A DNA stretch of 64,000 nt. Origin: Takakia lepidozioides. Lineage: Eukaryota; Plantae; Bryophyta. Each line of letters opens with the position of its first letter. The stretch's first letter is position 1. The stretch is taken from positions 61,442,001 to 61,506,000 of the forward strand of contig CM060733.1 of the NCBI GenBank assembly GCA_030704615.1, written 5' to 3'. Shown one piece after another: positions 29,475 to 43,800 of the stretch. The notes under the pieces are model-generated. The model was given only the letters and a program-made list of their open reading frames with translations. It was not told the DNA's origin and made no database searches. A program made the translations under genes and the position numbers.

Positions 29475-31236
29475 CGGAATGTGACACGACATTTTCAGGC
29501 TTTTTACTTAACTGTCCAACTTTTGGTTGATTTTTCATACCAACAGGGTTTCAAGGGACAAGCTCCTGAGGCCAGCTCCACACTGGTAGAAAGACATTCT
29601 TGTAGAATTGTTGCAAACTATATGTACAACTCGGACATTCAAAATAGGTTAGCATTTCTAACTGCAGGCATTTCGTTACCGACATACAACTTTGAATCTC
29701 GACACTTGCATAAGGCCATGTGTCTGACATCTTACATTGTCATGGTTTATGAAAGAAACGTTGGAAAAAAAATACTGGAATAGAAGGTGAGTCTCTGCAG
29801 CTCTGAGATTTCATGTAAGCACTCATGAAGGTTACAACAAGATCATAAACTTGTATCTAATTACTCAGGTGTACACAGATAGATGAGGAGCAAATACTCC
29901 TCCAAATATTGGATACTTCACATGATGGTTCTTATAGTTCGGATCATTAATCAAGTAATACTCTGGCACACCCTTTTTCTTGACCATGGTTTCCAAATGC
30001 AATGTGTGCTTGTGCGGCCTGACGACCTGAACAGTGAAAGGACAGAGTGCTAAGATATGAGCCTGTCAGCCTAATGACAGACAAGTCAGCTCAAGTGGGA
30101 GACAGCACAGCCAACATTCCAAACTATTCTTTGGAAAACCATTACAACGAGCTGCTGAACGCTTTTAAAAGCATCCAACTTCTCTATGTGCTTGTTGTCA
30201 CAACCTCAAGGCCGCTATACACCAAGAGTTAAACCCAATGGAATAGTTGGTGAGCATGCGAGCCGCGTGCTCTAAGTACTATCAACTCTTGAGTGTAACC
30301 ACGTTACTCTTCCCTGGTCAGCATCCATTTCTTTTTAAAGCTGAGAGGACTGCTTGCGCCCCCAAAGTGCCGGGATCCCTGTGTTGTACGTGCTGTGCGT
30401 GTGGAGACAGTTCAAAGTGACCATGATAACGTCAAAGGTGTCTCCAGGCTCAGATTGGCTCCCATTTCCAGGTAATGACTAGTTGGGCACAGCACTTGCA
30501 GCCTGTGCTTCAAGAAATCTCAGCCTCCGAAAGGCTTTTGAAATTGCGAACTTGACAGCTCTTTTAAGAGTTCGTATTGCTCGAAAGTCCGTTAATCCAC
30601 CGAAAGCTCTTCGATTTCGGTTTTCATACCATGATGAAGCTGGCGATGCAGAATTTCATGATCGCTGACCCCGACAACTGTGTCCACTGAGAACGAGTGG
30701 ACATTCTACATACTACGCTTGAAATCCATCTAAAACGCAAAACTTGAGGATCACTTTAGACAACCAATATAGAAGATGCCCACATTTCCAAACCCGTTAG
30801 TAGCTGCATCGGAGATGAGAGCTAAAATCGCAACAATTGGTTTGCCCATCCTGTGCATTGTTCACTGAACCTGAGTCATTCTTGTGTCCTGCTTCAGGAA
30901 ACTTGACACGTTGAACAAGCATTGTCTTTTATGCACATATCATCTCCAACTTTCTTGGAGAAAGCATGATTAGTCCCCAGAATTGTGCATATTAATGGTG
31001 AGTGAGTCCATCCTTGATGAACAGAAGTCCAAAAGAAATTTGAAATCTAAGAAACTCACTGAAGCTCCACAACATTTCTGTGTGACAACGTACAGGAGCA
31101 ACTCCAGTTTCGCCTTTGGACGTCAGGGGTGGGCATAATCTTACACCACCCCTGCCAATACATGCAAGACAACGGGTTTAATGGAGGTCTTAAGCAAAAT
31201 CTAATTGCCTGGAGCAGTAAATTTGACGTGACAAAG

Positions 31237-31637
31237 CTAAGTCTTACGCACACAGCACCACCAGCGTTGGAGTAGCGATGATTGCTTCTTTCGCATTGCA
31301 GATGAGTTCGACTGCTTTAAGTGACAATGTTTGTCCAAGCGTGCATCATGAGCTTTCTTGGATATGCTGTCAAAGGACTGGCGGCTCTCACGAGCCCGCG
31401 CAAACACGAGGCTGTAATCAGTCTCCTCAGGTTCGGTTGCATTCCACCCCCCGAATTTTGGCACTGCTGTTGTTGTTCTTCGCTGCAATTCAAAACGGCT
31501 ACAAGGTTACAATGAGGAATCTTCTGAACAAGTTTATACCACATACGAAAGTAGATTGAAAGGGTGGGTGACAAGTTTTGGCCCAACGTAAGGTCTGTTG
31601 GTTTAAGTGTGTGAACCTTCAATACGACATCGTGCAT
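31237..31637 (-). CDS. Small NOI-domain (RIN4/AvrRpt2-cleavage family) protein, 2 exons, ~88 aa
   Basis: Exon 1 31637-31617 (MHDVVLK), GT-AG intron, exon 2 31482-31237. Carries VPKFGGWN (AvrRpt2 cleavage motif), DYSLVFARARE and a C-terminal WWCC acylation signature. Confidence 0.85.
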
Positions 31638-34600
31638 GGGTACAGGAGAGGAGGGAGAAGATTGAGCATCCGTTAATTATAGATTAGAACTATTATAAAT
31701 GGGAATATTTCCCCACAAGGGAGAGAGGGAGACTTCAGAGCTCTAGAGAATTCCCAAAGCCTTCCAGGGGTATTCTTACCTGGATAGCTACCATGGGGCT
31801 TTGCTCGTTGATGCCCACAACACCCATGCTTTCCCTTCAGCTACTTGTATTTGAAACTCGTCTCTCCCAAAAGTTTCCTAAGAAGTGTATCCCATAAATT
31901 GATAATCTGCGGCTTTGGAGGGGTCACAAAAGCCTTTCAACCGTGGTATCTCTTGCACACAACGCCGGAGATTGAGGCGGCCCTAAGGATCGCCGCTCAT
32001 GAAACGTCACTATTGAATGGTGACGTTACTCGAGTATAGTTTGGATGGCAGGCGAATCCGATTGTAAGCTCAGCTCATAACACCATAGATATGGAGCTTG
32101 GCATTTTTCCGGTCAGTACGCTAGACGACACTGAAGTTTGAGTAGAGGGTTATGTCCCTTGAGATGATGACGCAGGCTTCTCCACTTGCAGCTTCCTCAG
32201 GGGACTAAAATTTTGTAGGTAAATTGTTTTTCTGTATCTGTTCGTTAAATAGAGTCGACTCTGGTTCCAGGGTGACTAGCTGCAACAACTGTGTACAACT
32301 TGACGTCCAAAGGCAACGAAAAGAGGGACAAAATTGCCAAAAGAGAGATGGGACTAGAAACAGGACGGCAGCGCTTCATAATGTACCTGCTCTCACGATT
32401 TCACCGACTGTGGATTGCTGCAACCCTTACCTCAGTGTTCCAGAGTCTAGATGTCTAGATAACTTCGGTTAGGTGAGTCTATAATTACATACAAGTCCTG
32501 GAAGAGAATCTTGACCCTATATTAGATCCACAGAGAGGTCACGAGTCAATAATTCTGCCAAAACTTTAGCAGTCTGTAATAAAGTGGTTGTAGCGATAAA
32601 GGTCCTTGATTACTTAAATTAGTTCACAATCCACTCTAGATTAAAAAAAAAACAAGTTAACCCCGGTATGGGTTAGCGCCCAAATCACAAGTTACTGACA
32701 ACGGAAGTGAGAAGAACGATATATAATCGTTTCGTCTTCACAAGTTATAGTAGTTCAACTACGAAGAGGGCACTAATCACGTATCCTGGTCAACTGCCAA
32801 CTCTGATCAATACCAGACAGTTCCGACTGTAATTTAATGAAATCATGTGCGAGAAGAATGAGTGCAGTTGTCCCTGGGAGGTAGTGGATCGATCAGCTAT
32901 CAAACTGAAAGGCAGCCCTTACGGAATCCGTCAGGGATAGCAGGTAGGCTAATTATTATAAGCAGTGTCACATACCGTAGGTTCATAGCAGATTAGGCAC
33001 AAATTATATGGAAAAAAAAGTGCCTAAGCAAATCTGTGATTTTTCAAGATTTATGCCTAAAAGGTTGGAAAAATAATATGAAAGTGCCTAATTCAGTAAA
33101 ATTTTCTAAAACAATCATACTCTATATAATTTCTATTGAAAACAAAAAACAAATGCCTCCATAAATGCTCAAAAATATTAGGCCAACTCCCTATGTCCTT
33201 ACAACCTCCAAAGGACTTTCCAATGAGTCTCAAACATCCTGCATATGCTCATCATTGAAGTCTTCATCCCCATTCAAGTCAGGTACATATGAGTCTTCAA
33301 TGTACAAATCTCATGTACAAATCTCATGCTCTCCACCACCTCAACATCAAGATAGAAATCTGGTACCTCTGCAACTAAAAGTCCTTTCCACTTCGAGTTG
33401 AGGAGCGGTGGCTGTAAACAAAGGCTCGGACGCCATCTCCATTAGAATAGACTTTTGCTTAGGGTTTGTCTTGGGGAAGAAGAGAGAGGGTACCTGAGAC
33501 CTTTGGGGATGGAAGGAGAAGTTCCAAGTGAATGTGGCATAGCTACACATGAATTCGAAAAACTAAACAAGATATTTGACAGAGTTGGAGAAAATCTACA
33601 AGTCTAGAATAGCTTACTCTTGGTTAAGAGATTCTCTTTGGTGACTTGTCATTCTATATTTGAAGTACAGTCCATATTGCCGATGTAGGCGACGCTTCAC
33701 TTTGGCACACAGGATGGCGCAAAGCTCTCAGAATCCCAATGAAACTAAGCATCCCGCAATGCTCGGGATCCCCCACTTTGGAAGTCACCGTCTCGTTTGA
33801 TTTGCCGGGGCCGTCACTCCCTTGTCTCGTAGAGAAGTAGACATGAAATGGGTGAAGGTGACGTTACCCTGCGTCTACCAAGGGGCCAGCCCAGTCACGG
33901 CAAGAAGCTTACAGCTAACCCTTCAACGCTCCACGACCTTTGGGTTACATATATTCCCGAAGGGAGAATGTAGAGCAAATCATCAGCACAGCTCAGAAAT
34001 GTAGGTAACTATCTTTAGTAAGAGGTTATAATGTTTTCAGTTCTCTCATCACATGCTCACAGTTTTCTGAAAGATTCACAGTATGATAACAAAGGACTAT
34101 TCACCTAGAGGACGTCATAGGGTAACGATTTGATATTATCCATCGGCTTAAGAAAATTGTGCTTTGCGGGGACTTTGTTACCCTGAAGTACTCAGTTCTA
34201 TGGACTACTAGGTAACCGGCGAGAGCTGGCCGGTTACCGGACATAGCCAGCAGTCTGGGAGCGTCGAATGACCGGGGTAACCAGACCTGGGAGGTACTTT
34301 GGGGAGGGAGGTAGGTAGGTAAGTGGGTTGCTGAGTCTCTTTCTCTTTAGAATTCGTGTTTATGTTTTTGTTTCTCTCGTTTTGCTGTTTCTAGTGCCGC
34401 GCTTTTGAGCGAGTTTTAGATTCTCAAGAGAGGTTATGTAGTAGTCAGGCGATTTGTGTCGAGAGTAGTTAGATGTAGGTGTCGATTTCTGCACACAAGT
34501 TCAATTCTGAACCATTTAAGTTATACTAAAGATCGAATCAGTTGCGGTCATTTTTAGTTTGGTTCATACTTGTACTTCTTTGCAGCCAATTTTGTCAACT

Positions 34601-35300
34601 CGTAGAAGCAGTTGATGCCTAAGGCAAGAGAAGCTATGATTCTAGTTCCAGTAGTGAGAGGCCTTCTTTTACTCTCTTGCCGCTGTTGCAATTGTCACTT
34701 GTTTCTTCTGTTAAGTAAAAAGAAGCATTGTGGGAATAAAGTGAAGAAGGTGTTATGTGTCGGTTCTCCGCTCCATCCTATGCATGATAAATATGTCGAA
34801 GACATATTGATCGACTCGTCAACTGTGGCTAATGATCTTGAAGTTACTTTGATCAATACCGAGTGCTATAGATTGCGAGCATGATCTTGTAATTGAGGAT
34901 ATTTCCGCTGAATTGAATAGCGGTGTGAATTGTAATTCATATCTTAAAGCTGAAACTGCTCCCATGGAAACTGACATTTCTATCAACAATGTTGATAATA
35001 CTTTCGTATCCTGAGAGTTCAATTGTTGCTGTTGATTCTTTTGTCAATAATTCTGGTGCTGCTATTGTCTATGAATTGAATGTTAAATTTTATTCTAGTA
35101 GATGATTCTGTACAAATAAGCAGGAGATAATGTGATGAAGTCGTCAAGTTCGATGAAACAGTGTTGATGTAATTTTATTGAATATAAAGGAGAAACGAAC
35201 TCTGTCCATATACAGGTCCGTCTATGGACGATTTCATCCATTTACTGAACGGATATGGGACAGGAAGGTCGAAAAACACCTTAGTTAGGCAGGAAAATAC

Positions 35301-35704
35301 CAGTGTTGGTCTGTTATCAGGTTTAGGACATACCAGACTGGTCTATATAATGGTGGATGTATTTTTTCCCAGATATTGGTATGAGTATGAGTATCATGAC
35401 CACAATACCAGCTGGTATGAGATCAATTTTGGTATCATTCAAAGCCATCTTGACTTACAAGTTTATCACATATCAAGTGAAAACAAATACTATAACAATA
35501 AGCATAAAGTAAATATAAATAAGTACATGTATGTACACATAAATTAGTATAGTACACATACCAGAGTAAATTAGAAAGACGGCAGGGGGGTGCTGGTATT
35601 GTGGCTGGTTTGAGAAAACGAATACCAGCCTGGTCTGGTCCCTGATACCAGGGTTGACACCATCGTTGATACTCGGGTCTGATACCCATACCAGGCCATC
35701 ACTG
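35301..35704. mobile_element. hAT-type MITE, 404 bp
   Basis: Perfect 8-bp TSD GAAAATAC at 35293-35300 and 35705-35712. Left TIR CAGTGTTGGTCTGTTAT; reverse complement of right end CAGTGATGGCCTGGTAT. Multiple ATACCA/TGGTAT subterminal repeats. Confidence 0.92.
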
Positions 35705-37894
35705 GAAAATACGGGATATAACCAACGTGCTCTTGTCCAATGAGATCGAGCCACGTCAGCGAGATGCTCCCCACGGCTGGCTATGTTGATATTACTTCTA
35801 TTCCCAATGCCTGCTTGAGGAAGAAGGTTCGAGTGTGGTTGGGGCCTGGGCTAGCTAACGCTGAGCAACCACAGGCACATCCATTCCATACAATAGCCCA
35901 CGTCCTTCTTCCAGTGTATACATTAGGGACAGCAATTATCTGACATAGGTAGCGACTGTCTAACAGATTGAGGCCAACAAGCTCCACACACCCAGCCTTC
36001 CATGTGAATACGAAATCTTCACTATTAGGCACATAGCTGTCATCGAGCATCCTCTCCCACAGAAGAAGCGGCGAGGAATGTAGTCCCGGCTCTCTTCGGC
36101 CGAGTTAAAAAATAAGGAGCCTCAAACAGGGAAGACAGGGGTCGGCATGTTTAGGTTTTGATGATATTATTAGAGCAATGTGAATGTTGTCCCTTTGTGT
36201 GTTGTAATGCACACAGGCCAACCTGAATTCCTGTGGCACTCTTCTGGATGCAGAAAGAGAACCTCAATTCCTTAGAGCCTGGTCCTATAACATAACCATC
36301 TCTCCTATTGACCTATTGTGCAGCATTATCCTCACTGACTGCTCTAATCCTGTATCCATTTCTTTCTCACTGTGAGATCCAAGCAGCATAGTTGCCCAAT
36401 GCCTGCATACATAATTCAGCAATTTCAGTCGTGAGACTATGTGGTCACTCCCTCTTATGCTCTATAAGACTGGGCCTTCTGCACTTGATTTCGGTTGCAC
36501 AGTATCCAATCCTCACCGCAACTACTTGGAGCACCACCACCTCTATCACCTCCCTTCCCTTTGCATTATCTAACTTCCAAGACCAGAATACACACTCCAA
36601 ACTACTGCCAAACCTTTAACAAAATTGCTAAATTCACATGGCCTGCCATCCTTCATATGAAATGACAAGCCCAAGCTGGAAGCTGCTTTGCATATTATTC
36701 ATTACCGCACACTAACTTTTTATGGTCTCATAGGCTTGCAATAATCTCCCCCACCGTGTCGTGCTAATCTACACAGAACACATGGCTTCTTTCACTGCAC
36801 CGAGTTGTTTTCTTGATTGTCCTCTCATTGGGGTGTGCCACTACAGCAAGTGGACATAATCAGCAATTCGGCTAGATTTAGCTGAAACTCATGCAAAAAC
36901 CTCAAATATGACATTGATAAGTGACTTTGTAGACTAGATTCATCAAAGATCACAGTTGTGCTTATAGATGCTTCCACATACACATGGTGCCTGTCTCTCC
37001 ACATCGTTCTGTCCACTTCATCTGTCTTCTAACTTGTGGGGCCATTCATTCTTATTTTAACCAAAAAAGTGATGGATTATGGGTGTTCATCAAGATTGTA
37101 ACCCATGACTAACTTGCTTTTACCTGAAATCGGCCTACACAATGTTGGTTCTTATATGAATATAAAACATCCAGATCTTCTGAAAGCCCCTCCAATCTCG
37201 TAAGACTCCCCTTGGTATCTGCAGTATGGAATCTACAAAGGTTATGACAATGCAAAACCACTTACCTCAACATATTCAGAAGAGAGAATATAAAAAATGG
37301 TACCAAAAGTTTGATGATGAAACCAAGATCCATGCAGTCTAAAGTATTTGATGGCAACCATTTGTCAGGAATGCAATCAACTCGAAAGTGCTGCCTAGGT
37401 GCATAATAGTCCACTTTGTCTTCTCTTGTGCAACTCAAGCTGTCCTTCCTATTTGGAGGTATACAAGCAGCTCCCACAGCTCACACAAAACAAGCTCTCC
37501 TGCCTAGACATTTAGTGAGACAGAAAAGAGATGTAACTTTTGAAGCAAAGATGGACAACGTGCTTGAAGATCTCTTCGTCCAACTTCAAATGGAATGAAG
37601 GTCTGAAGCTACATGTAGTGCATGGTTTGATTGCCAAGTATGATATATGTAGATGAGCAAACACATTGGCAGCTCCTTACTAAGACACGGGAAAGATGAT
37701 ACAATCTAATCTAAAGGTTGAACATCAGTAATTCTGTTAGGTCCAGAAGAATCAGGGTGCTCGATCTCACCTAGATGGGACACTCAAAAGTGGAAGAAGA
37801 CTCCATGGTGCTTGCTCTTCTGTCACCTCATCATAGCTGCCCTGTCAAGGGCAAGCTCCAAGAGCTTCCTCCCCCAGCCACCTCTGCATATGCA

Positions 37895-40800
37895 TCACCT
37901 TGGGTCCGGAGATCCCAGATTTTCTGAGAAAACTGGGGAAGGATCGTCTGGAAACATCAAAGGAAATTGCGGAGGGATCTTGACATCATTGTTGGACATA
38001 GTGAAGGATTCGAGGCTTTGAATGGAAGCCATGTATTGGGATGCATTGTTCTCAATGATGAGAGCATCTTCAAGCTCTCTAACGATCATGGCCATGGTTG
38101 GGCGGTGAATCGCATGAGGCTCCACACTTGTGATTGCCATTTCAACCACCCTCCACATCGCCTCCTTTGTAAAGCTGGATGCGATTGTAGGGTCGATTAT
38201 GGCTTCCAAGTTCCCGTTCCCAATGAATGGCCTTGTCTGCACCATACAGACCACTCAACAAGATTTGCTCAGGACTGGCATGCATTACAACCTAGTTAGG
38301 AATGATATAAGGTATTTGGTATATTCAGGTAAGTCATAGTCCAGGATGGAAATACAAGAAATTGTTACAACATGCATCCAACAATTGGCAGTATAACCTT
38401 CACACCCACCTGAAGAACAAATTGTTTCGGGAGGGGACTCATGGTGGAGAAAGAGATGCAGCTTCTATGCTGTTAAGAAAGGCACTTAGATGTGGATTAT
38501 TTAGGAGTTCCGTGTTCTTGCTCGAGAAACCCTTGCCTAAATGATCCTAATTAAATGAAGAAGAAACACAAGTGATTCTAGACTGTAGCCAACTTACCCA
38601 TTCGACAAGACCCCATTCGGGACGAGGACGATGAATATTGAGAGGCTCGCGCCCGCAAATGATTTCCAGAAGTACGATCCCAAAGCTAAACACGTCGCTC
38701 TTCTCAGTTAGAAGCTGCGTAGAGTAGTACCTGCCACAGAGGACAGGAGAGAGGGGTTGTGAGTCAAAAAGGTTTAAAATTTCATGAACACAGGAAATGA
38801 AATGAAATGGTCCTTTATAACATCCGCGGAAAGCTCATAGAGGAAGAAAGGAGGTGAGGGAGGGAAGGGAGCACCAGGTCTGACGATAAGGTGCTTCTCT
38901 ACACAGAGGAAGATGGTGGACTCAAAACGCTCAATGCTCAGACCAATGGAGGAGAGAAAATTAACTGTCGTCATTAACCGTTCCATCCAAATATAGCCTA
39001 TGATACATCTTCAGTGCTTTATTTCCAGGAGATAATCGTTGTAAGGTTTCAGCCCACCAGGATCAATGGGACTCAGCCTGAAATTGCTAATGCAGCTCAA
39101 TTGACATACAGAATTGACTGTTGAGTTGAGGGCTGATATTGGTATTGCCAGAAAGCCTGAAACCTGAGCACTGCTCCTCTAGCCCTCTATTTAGCAATAG
39201 TAGTGACTAAAGTTACACCGCAAGTCACACCATTGACGAATAAGGATAGAAATAATGTACTCGTTATGTGTTCAGTTACTCGTTTAGTCCATCACCTATT
39301 CGGTGCTGGCCCAGGATTGTAGTCTCGTGGACATACAGCAGTCTCTGCTTCGAGGGCTTGTGTTGTGGCTTCACACTCTTGTCCCCTTTTGTTAGGGTCG
39401 ATTTGTCTAGACAGATGTATGTCACTCCAAGCTTTCTCCCCTAATCTATCTCACTTGGTCTCCACCATACCAGCCCTTATGTTGCGGATGACTTTGCAGG
39501 TGTAGGGGAGACTCCGTCCAATCTTCAGAAGTTGATTGATTGTGCAAAGACATACTTCGACCTTTGGGAACTAGAGGCTAACGTCAGTAAATGCGCAGTG
39601 GTGGCATTCAAGGGGAGGGAGGAGGCGATCTCAAGTGGCAGTGGGGAAGCCAAGAGTTTCTGGTCCTCCCTTCCTACCCATACCTTGGCGTTGAGTTCTC
39701 CTCCAACTGTAATTGGGATGCACATATTCAAGAAGTTGTTCAATCTGGCAAGCGCAAAGCGTCGAGTCTCACTAATTTTTTCCACTGCAGAGGGATCAAC
39801 TCTGAAGTGAAAAAGACCATGCTTTGCCGCATGCCCTGGATCTCTGAATTATCCTTTGCTGACTATACCAGCACCTTGTGGCTGATTACGGCATCTGATC
39901 AAGGCCTGCCTTGGAGTACGCATCTGCAGTATGGGTTGATAACTCCAACCAGGCTAAGTCTCTAGAAAGTTTGGCATCCCTCCCTTAAGCTCCCGACGAG
40001 ATGAATTCAAGATCAGATGGTGGGGCCAGTTGCAACATATCACTAATATCAGATATCCTAAGTTAATCAACTCTATAACTTGGAAGCAGGATCGTCCTGT
40101 CAAACAGGCTAAGTCCACAGCCTTGACCCTGCTGGATAAATCTGACATAGAGGCTGTAGTGTCCAAAGCCATGTCTGTTGCCAGCAAATTGTCTGATGAA
40201 AATGAAGTTAGGCAGAAAACTTCCCTGAACTTGTTTCCAGTCTGTGACATGGGTGAGGCCATCATGGATGACCTCAAGGGTTTACCCACCCTCGGCACTA
40301 GACTGAAATTTAAACTCAGGGCGGGAAGCCTACCTTTGAACAGCAAATAGAAGCAGAGAGGAAAGGGGGATTGCAAATGCCCGTTGTGTGGGCAACCTGA
40401 AGACAATATTCAATTGTCTGTTCTAAAGTAAGTCACACAACCGGTGTCAGCCCCTGACAAAGGTAGTTTCTGTCCCTTTGTGTTCTGCTCAAACTGAGCG
40501 CAGGGTCAATGGCCACAAGCCTACGGCACACGACGTCTTATGAGTACATTCTATCTGCACTTGGTGTGTTTCAACCATGCCAGGGGTCACCACTGTTTGG
40601 CTTCCCAAGGTTGTGGTCAAGGTCTTCATTTTCTAAGGTTTCATCTGGCTTGTTTTGCCTTTCCCTGCCACAGAGAGACAGAAAGAAAGAACAAGAACAC
40701 CATTCTGTCCATGAGGCACAAAGGGCCTAAGGGACACCTGAACTTATCAGCTAGAAAAAAGTATCAGCTTCCTAGTCTGTTTGACTACAAACTTGTCTCT

Positions 40801-43800
40801 AAAGCAGTCACACATGCACTGCTTTATGACAAAATCTGGCAGTCATCTTGGTGTGTTGTTCTTCCCTGGGACATTTCCATTTCAGAAATCTGACAAGCTG
40901 CAACCATTGCAAGAACTTACTCGGGGTCCAGATAACCAGCAGTGCCACGAACTTCTGTAGAGACGAGGCTATCTCCTTCTTGCGGGGCATATTTTGAAAG
41001 CCCAAAATCTGCCACCTTGGCAACCATGTGGTCATCAAGCAGAATGTTGCTACTCTTCACATCCCTGTGTATGATGCAGCGCTCTCCGCCCGTGTGCAGG
41101 AAGTAGAGGCCTGTACATAATATGGATGGATGACAAAATCAATTCAGAAACAAAGTATTCCATCACAATCAAGGTCGTGAAACAACGCTGATAACCATGT
41201 TTCCACACTAGACTAAATCAGCTCATGCGACAGAAAAGAGGTGAAGGTAAGTGATGGTCAGGCATCCCAGTGAGCTCCTGACAAAAGCAGCAATACAGAA
41301 AAATTAACCACTTTGGGCTGATGTCCCCGTCCCTCTTTCACACCCTTACTTCAGCCTTAGAAATAGCTTTCAAAACCCTTGAGTAACCATCTGTTACCGG
41401 ATTGCCAGGTCAGTGAGTGAATTTGGAAAAAGCTGACACATCATTTATGCAGGTCATTATGCAGGTCAAGTAGCACTAACATAATGGGAAAGACATGTAC
41501 CACGTGCAGCTCCTAACGCGATACTCAGCCTTGTTGACCAATCAAGGGGTTTCCTTCGTGCTGGTTCACCTGAGAGACAGTGTACTTCTCGTGTCTTAAC
41601 CTTCAGAAACAATGAACTGTACTTAAACTTGACGCAAAAATGCATGTGCGACTAGTTTCTTCCCGGCTCCACTACCTCCTGATTTAGCTCTTGGAATAGG
41701 AAGTGGGATAGATATTTTCACAACTGTAGAAAAGAAAAATCTTAACTGACCACTAATTTGGTCTAATAATCTAGGTCATGGCAAGAAGGCATTGATTACC
41801 ATAAAGTCGATCCTGGAGGGATCCATTTGACAAGTAAGGATAGATGAGGATTTGCTGCTCATCTTCTGAGCAAAACCCCACTAGAGGCACCAGATTAGCA
41901 TGCCGCACTCCATGGAGAAGATTAAGCTGGAAATATGATGCCAACCACAGGTCAATATGCCAAAGTTAACTGAAACATGACCTAAGCTAATCCCACCTAG
42001 GGCAGTCTCCCCGTTGAATAGTCTCCGTGATAACTTACACTGGTTTCGTGTGGACTCAAGTCACACTCTCTACAGATGAGTTCAAAATATTGGTGAAGCT
42101 TCTGAAATTGCTACTGCTGAACCAACTGTATCCTAACCTAAGTATTCATATGAAGTCCAGTATCATGTGAAAGATCTAATGAGCACACGTGTTTGCCAGC
42201 TAGACATATCTGAGCTATCAATGCAATTTTTGTCCAACCTCTCCACCTAAGAAAACTGTGACATTCAGTTTGCCATTTGCATAGTAGGGTAGGCCTTGAT
42301 ACTACTACCTTTACGACTTCAAAACATTGTTATGCCTAAAGGAAAGGGTGGTTCCAAAGGACCTCAGTTGTAAATTCCCGAGTGCCTTGATTTGAGTTTG
42401 CTGAGCGGACTTTAACTGCCACAGTTCGCCCACTTGGGAGGGTGCCATAGTACACAGCACCAAATCCACCTTCACCAATTTTGCTCTTGAAACTTTTGGT
42501 GATAGTGTCAATATCTTTAAGAGTAAATTGCTCTACATGAATTGAGTTTAGCTCCAATTGCATACAATTTGGAACTATGGATGTCAGTACATCTGCACAG
42601 TGCAAGCACGGTACAAGAGTTTAGCACAGAAGCACCGGACCTGACAATTTACTTCCTGTAGGTCCATTGCTGAGTTTGTGTTACTAAACGGGGTTTAATT
42701 TTCATGCCATGATAATCTTTGTGAGAGTCTGCCAAGATGTTTAGCAGATCTTGCAATAAATACATCAGTTGACCCAACAACTCCCCAGCTGATCCAGTAC
42801 TGTGTTCTTCGAGAAGCATTTAAGGGAGGCGAGGGGCTGCTAATGGGCAATGACTGTAGTACAAAGTCTCAGTTTGCAGATGGCATGCTACAGCCAGCCT
42901 GCTACAGTGATCTCCACGGATTGTCTCCCTGGTTCTTCACATTATCACCGCCTCTCATTTAAGGCCAAATTTCTGGCTAGTTCAGTAACAGTTTAAGAAA
43001 CTCACATTTGGGCCCTGGTAGTTTGCCATCGGAGTCAGCAGCTGTGATCAAGTCAAGCTTCTTCCTGTGCTGCTTATAGAACCAATAGATTGTGACAGCT
43101 AGAATGATGAAAAACAGTAGCAGGGATGCCCCTACTACACCTCCCAAAAACAGCGTGGGACCCAGTTTATTCTTAGATGGAGGACTTGGAATCATCTCCA
43201 CAGGACTGCTGCCATCTCTGAGATATCGATCGTCAGCAAGTCTGGCAAAAGAAGAGCAAAAGCACACATTAGCCAACAGCAGTTGTTCGTCAACTAATCG
43301 ATCAAGTACAACCAGACACAAAAACAAGGGATCAGGGAAGAAAATTGTCTTGAGCCTACAAAGCAAGGTTGTAATCTGTTTGAAGTGGGTAAGGCAGTCA
43401 ACTTACGTGAAGTTGGGATTATTCTGCAGCGCCACTGAATATTGTCTGCTCAGATTGGCATGATTTAGATTTCTGCCCCCCCTCCAAATGTTAAAAAGGT
43501 TTTGGAATTTCTTCCACAGCATGAAGGGAGACATGAGAAAGAAAGTAAGTCATGCCCTACGGATTTATGTTGGGCTGTGTCTCTAGGCAAGAAATGAGGG
43601 GGACGTATGACGAAGAAACCAATAAAAGACAGCAGGCTTTACTGACCAACAGCTGAAAGGGGGGAGAGATAGGCAGAGGAGGCCATGTGAGGGGCCGAAC
43701 AGTACGTTTGCAGATTGGTCTAGCATGAGATGTAGCAGAGATCTCTGTCTCTCTTGGTCGCTGACAGATGCAGATTGGATCTGCGTAACTGCGAACAGAT

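Noticed and set aside
31772-31790. ATTCTTACCTGG resembling the U1 snRNA 5' end
   Set aside because: No U1 stem-loops or Sm site follow. It is better explained as the complement of a minus-strand CAG/GTAAG donor upstream of the NOI gene.
32962-33190. AT-rich segment starting CAGTG with TGCCTAA repeats (MITE-like)
   Set aside because: Only one end found; boundaries cannot be supported.
34177-35200. LTR-like region with a 10-bp inverted repeat GGTAACCGGC..GCCGGTTACC (34211-34238)
   Set aside because: No second LTR, primer-binding site, TSD or coding domain recognised.
35713-36110. Minus-strand 89-aa ORF beside the hAT MITE
   Set aside because: Unrecognised, contains stops, and the frame is not restored when the MITE is removed.
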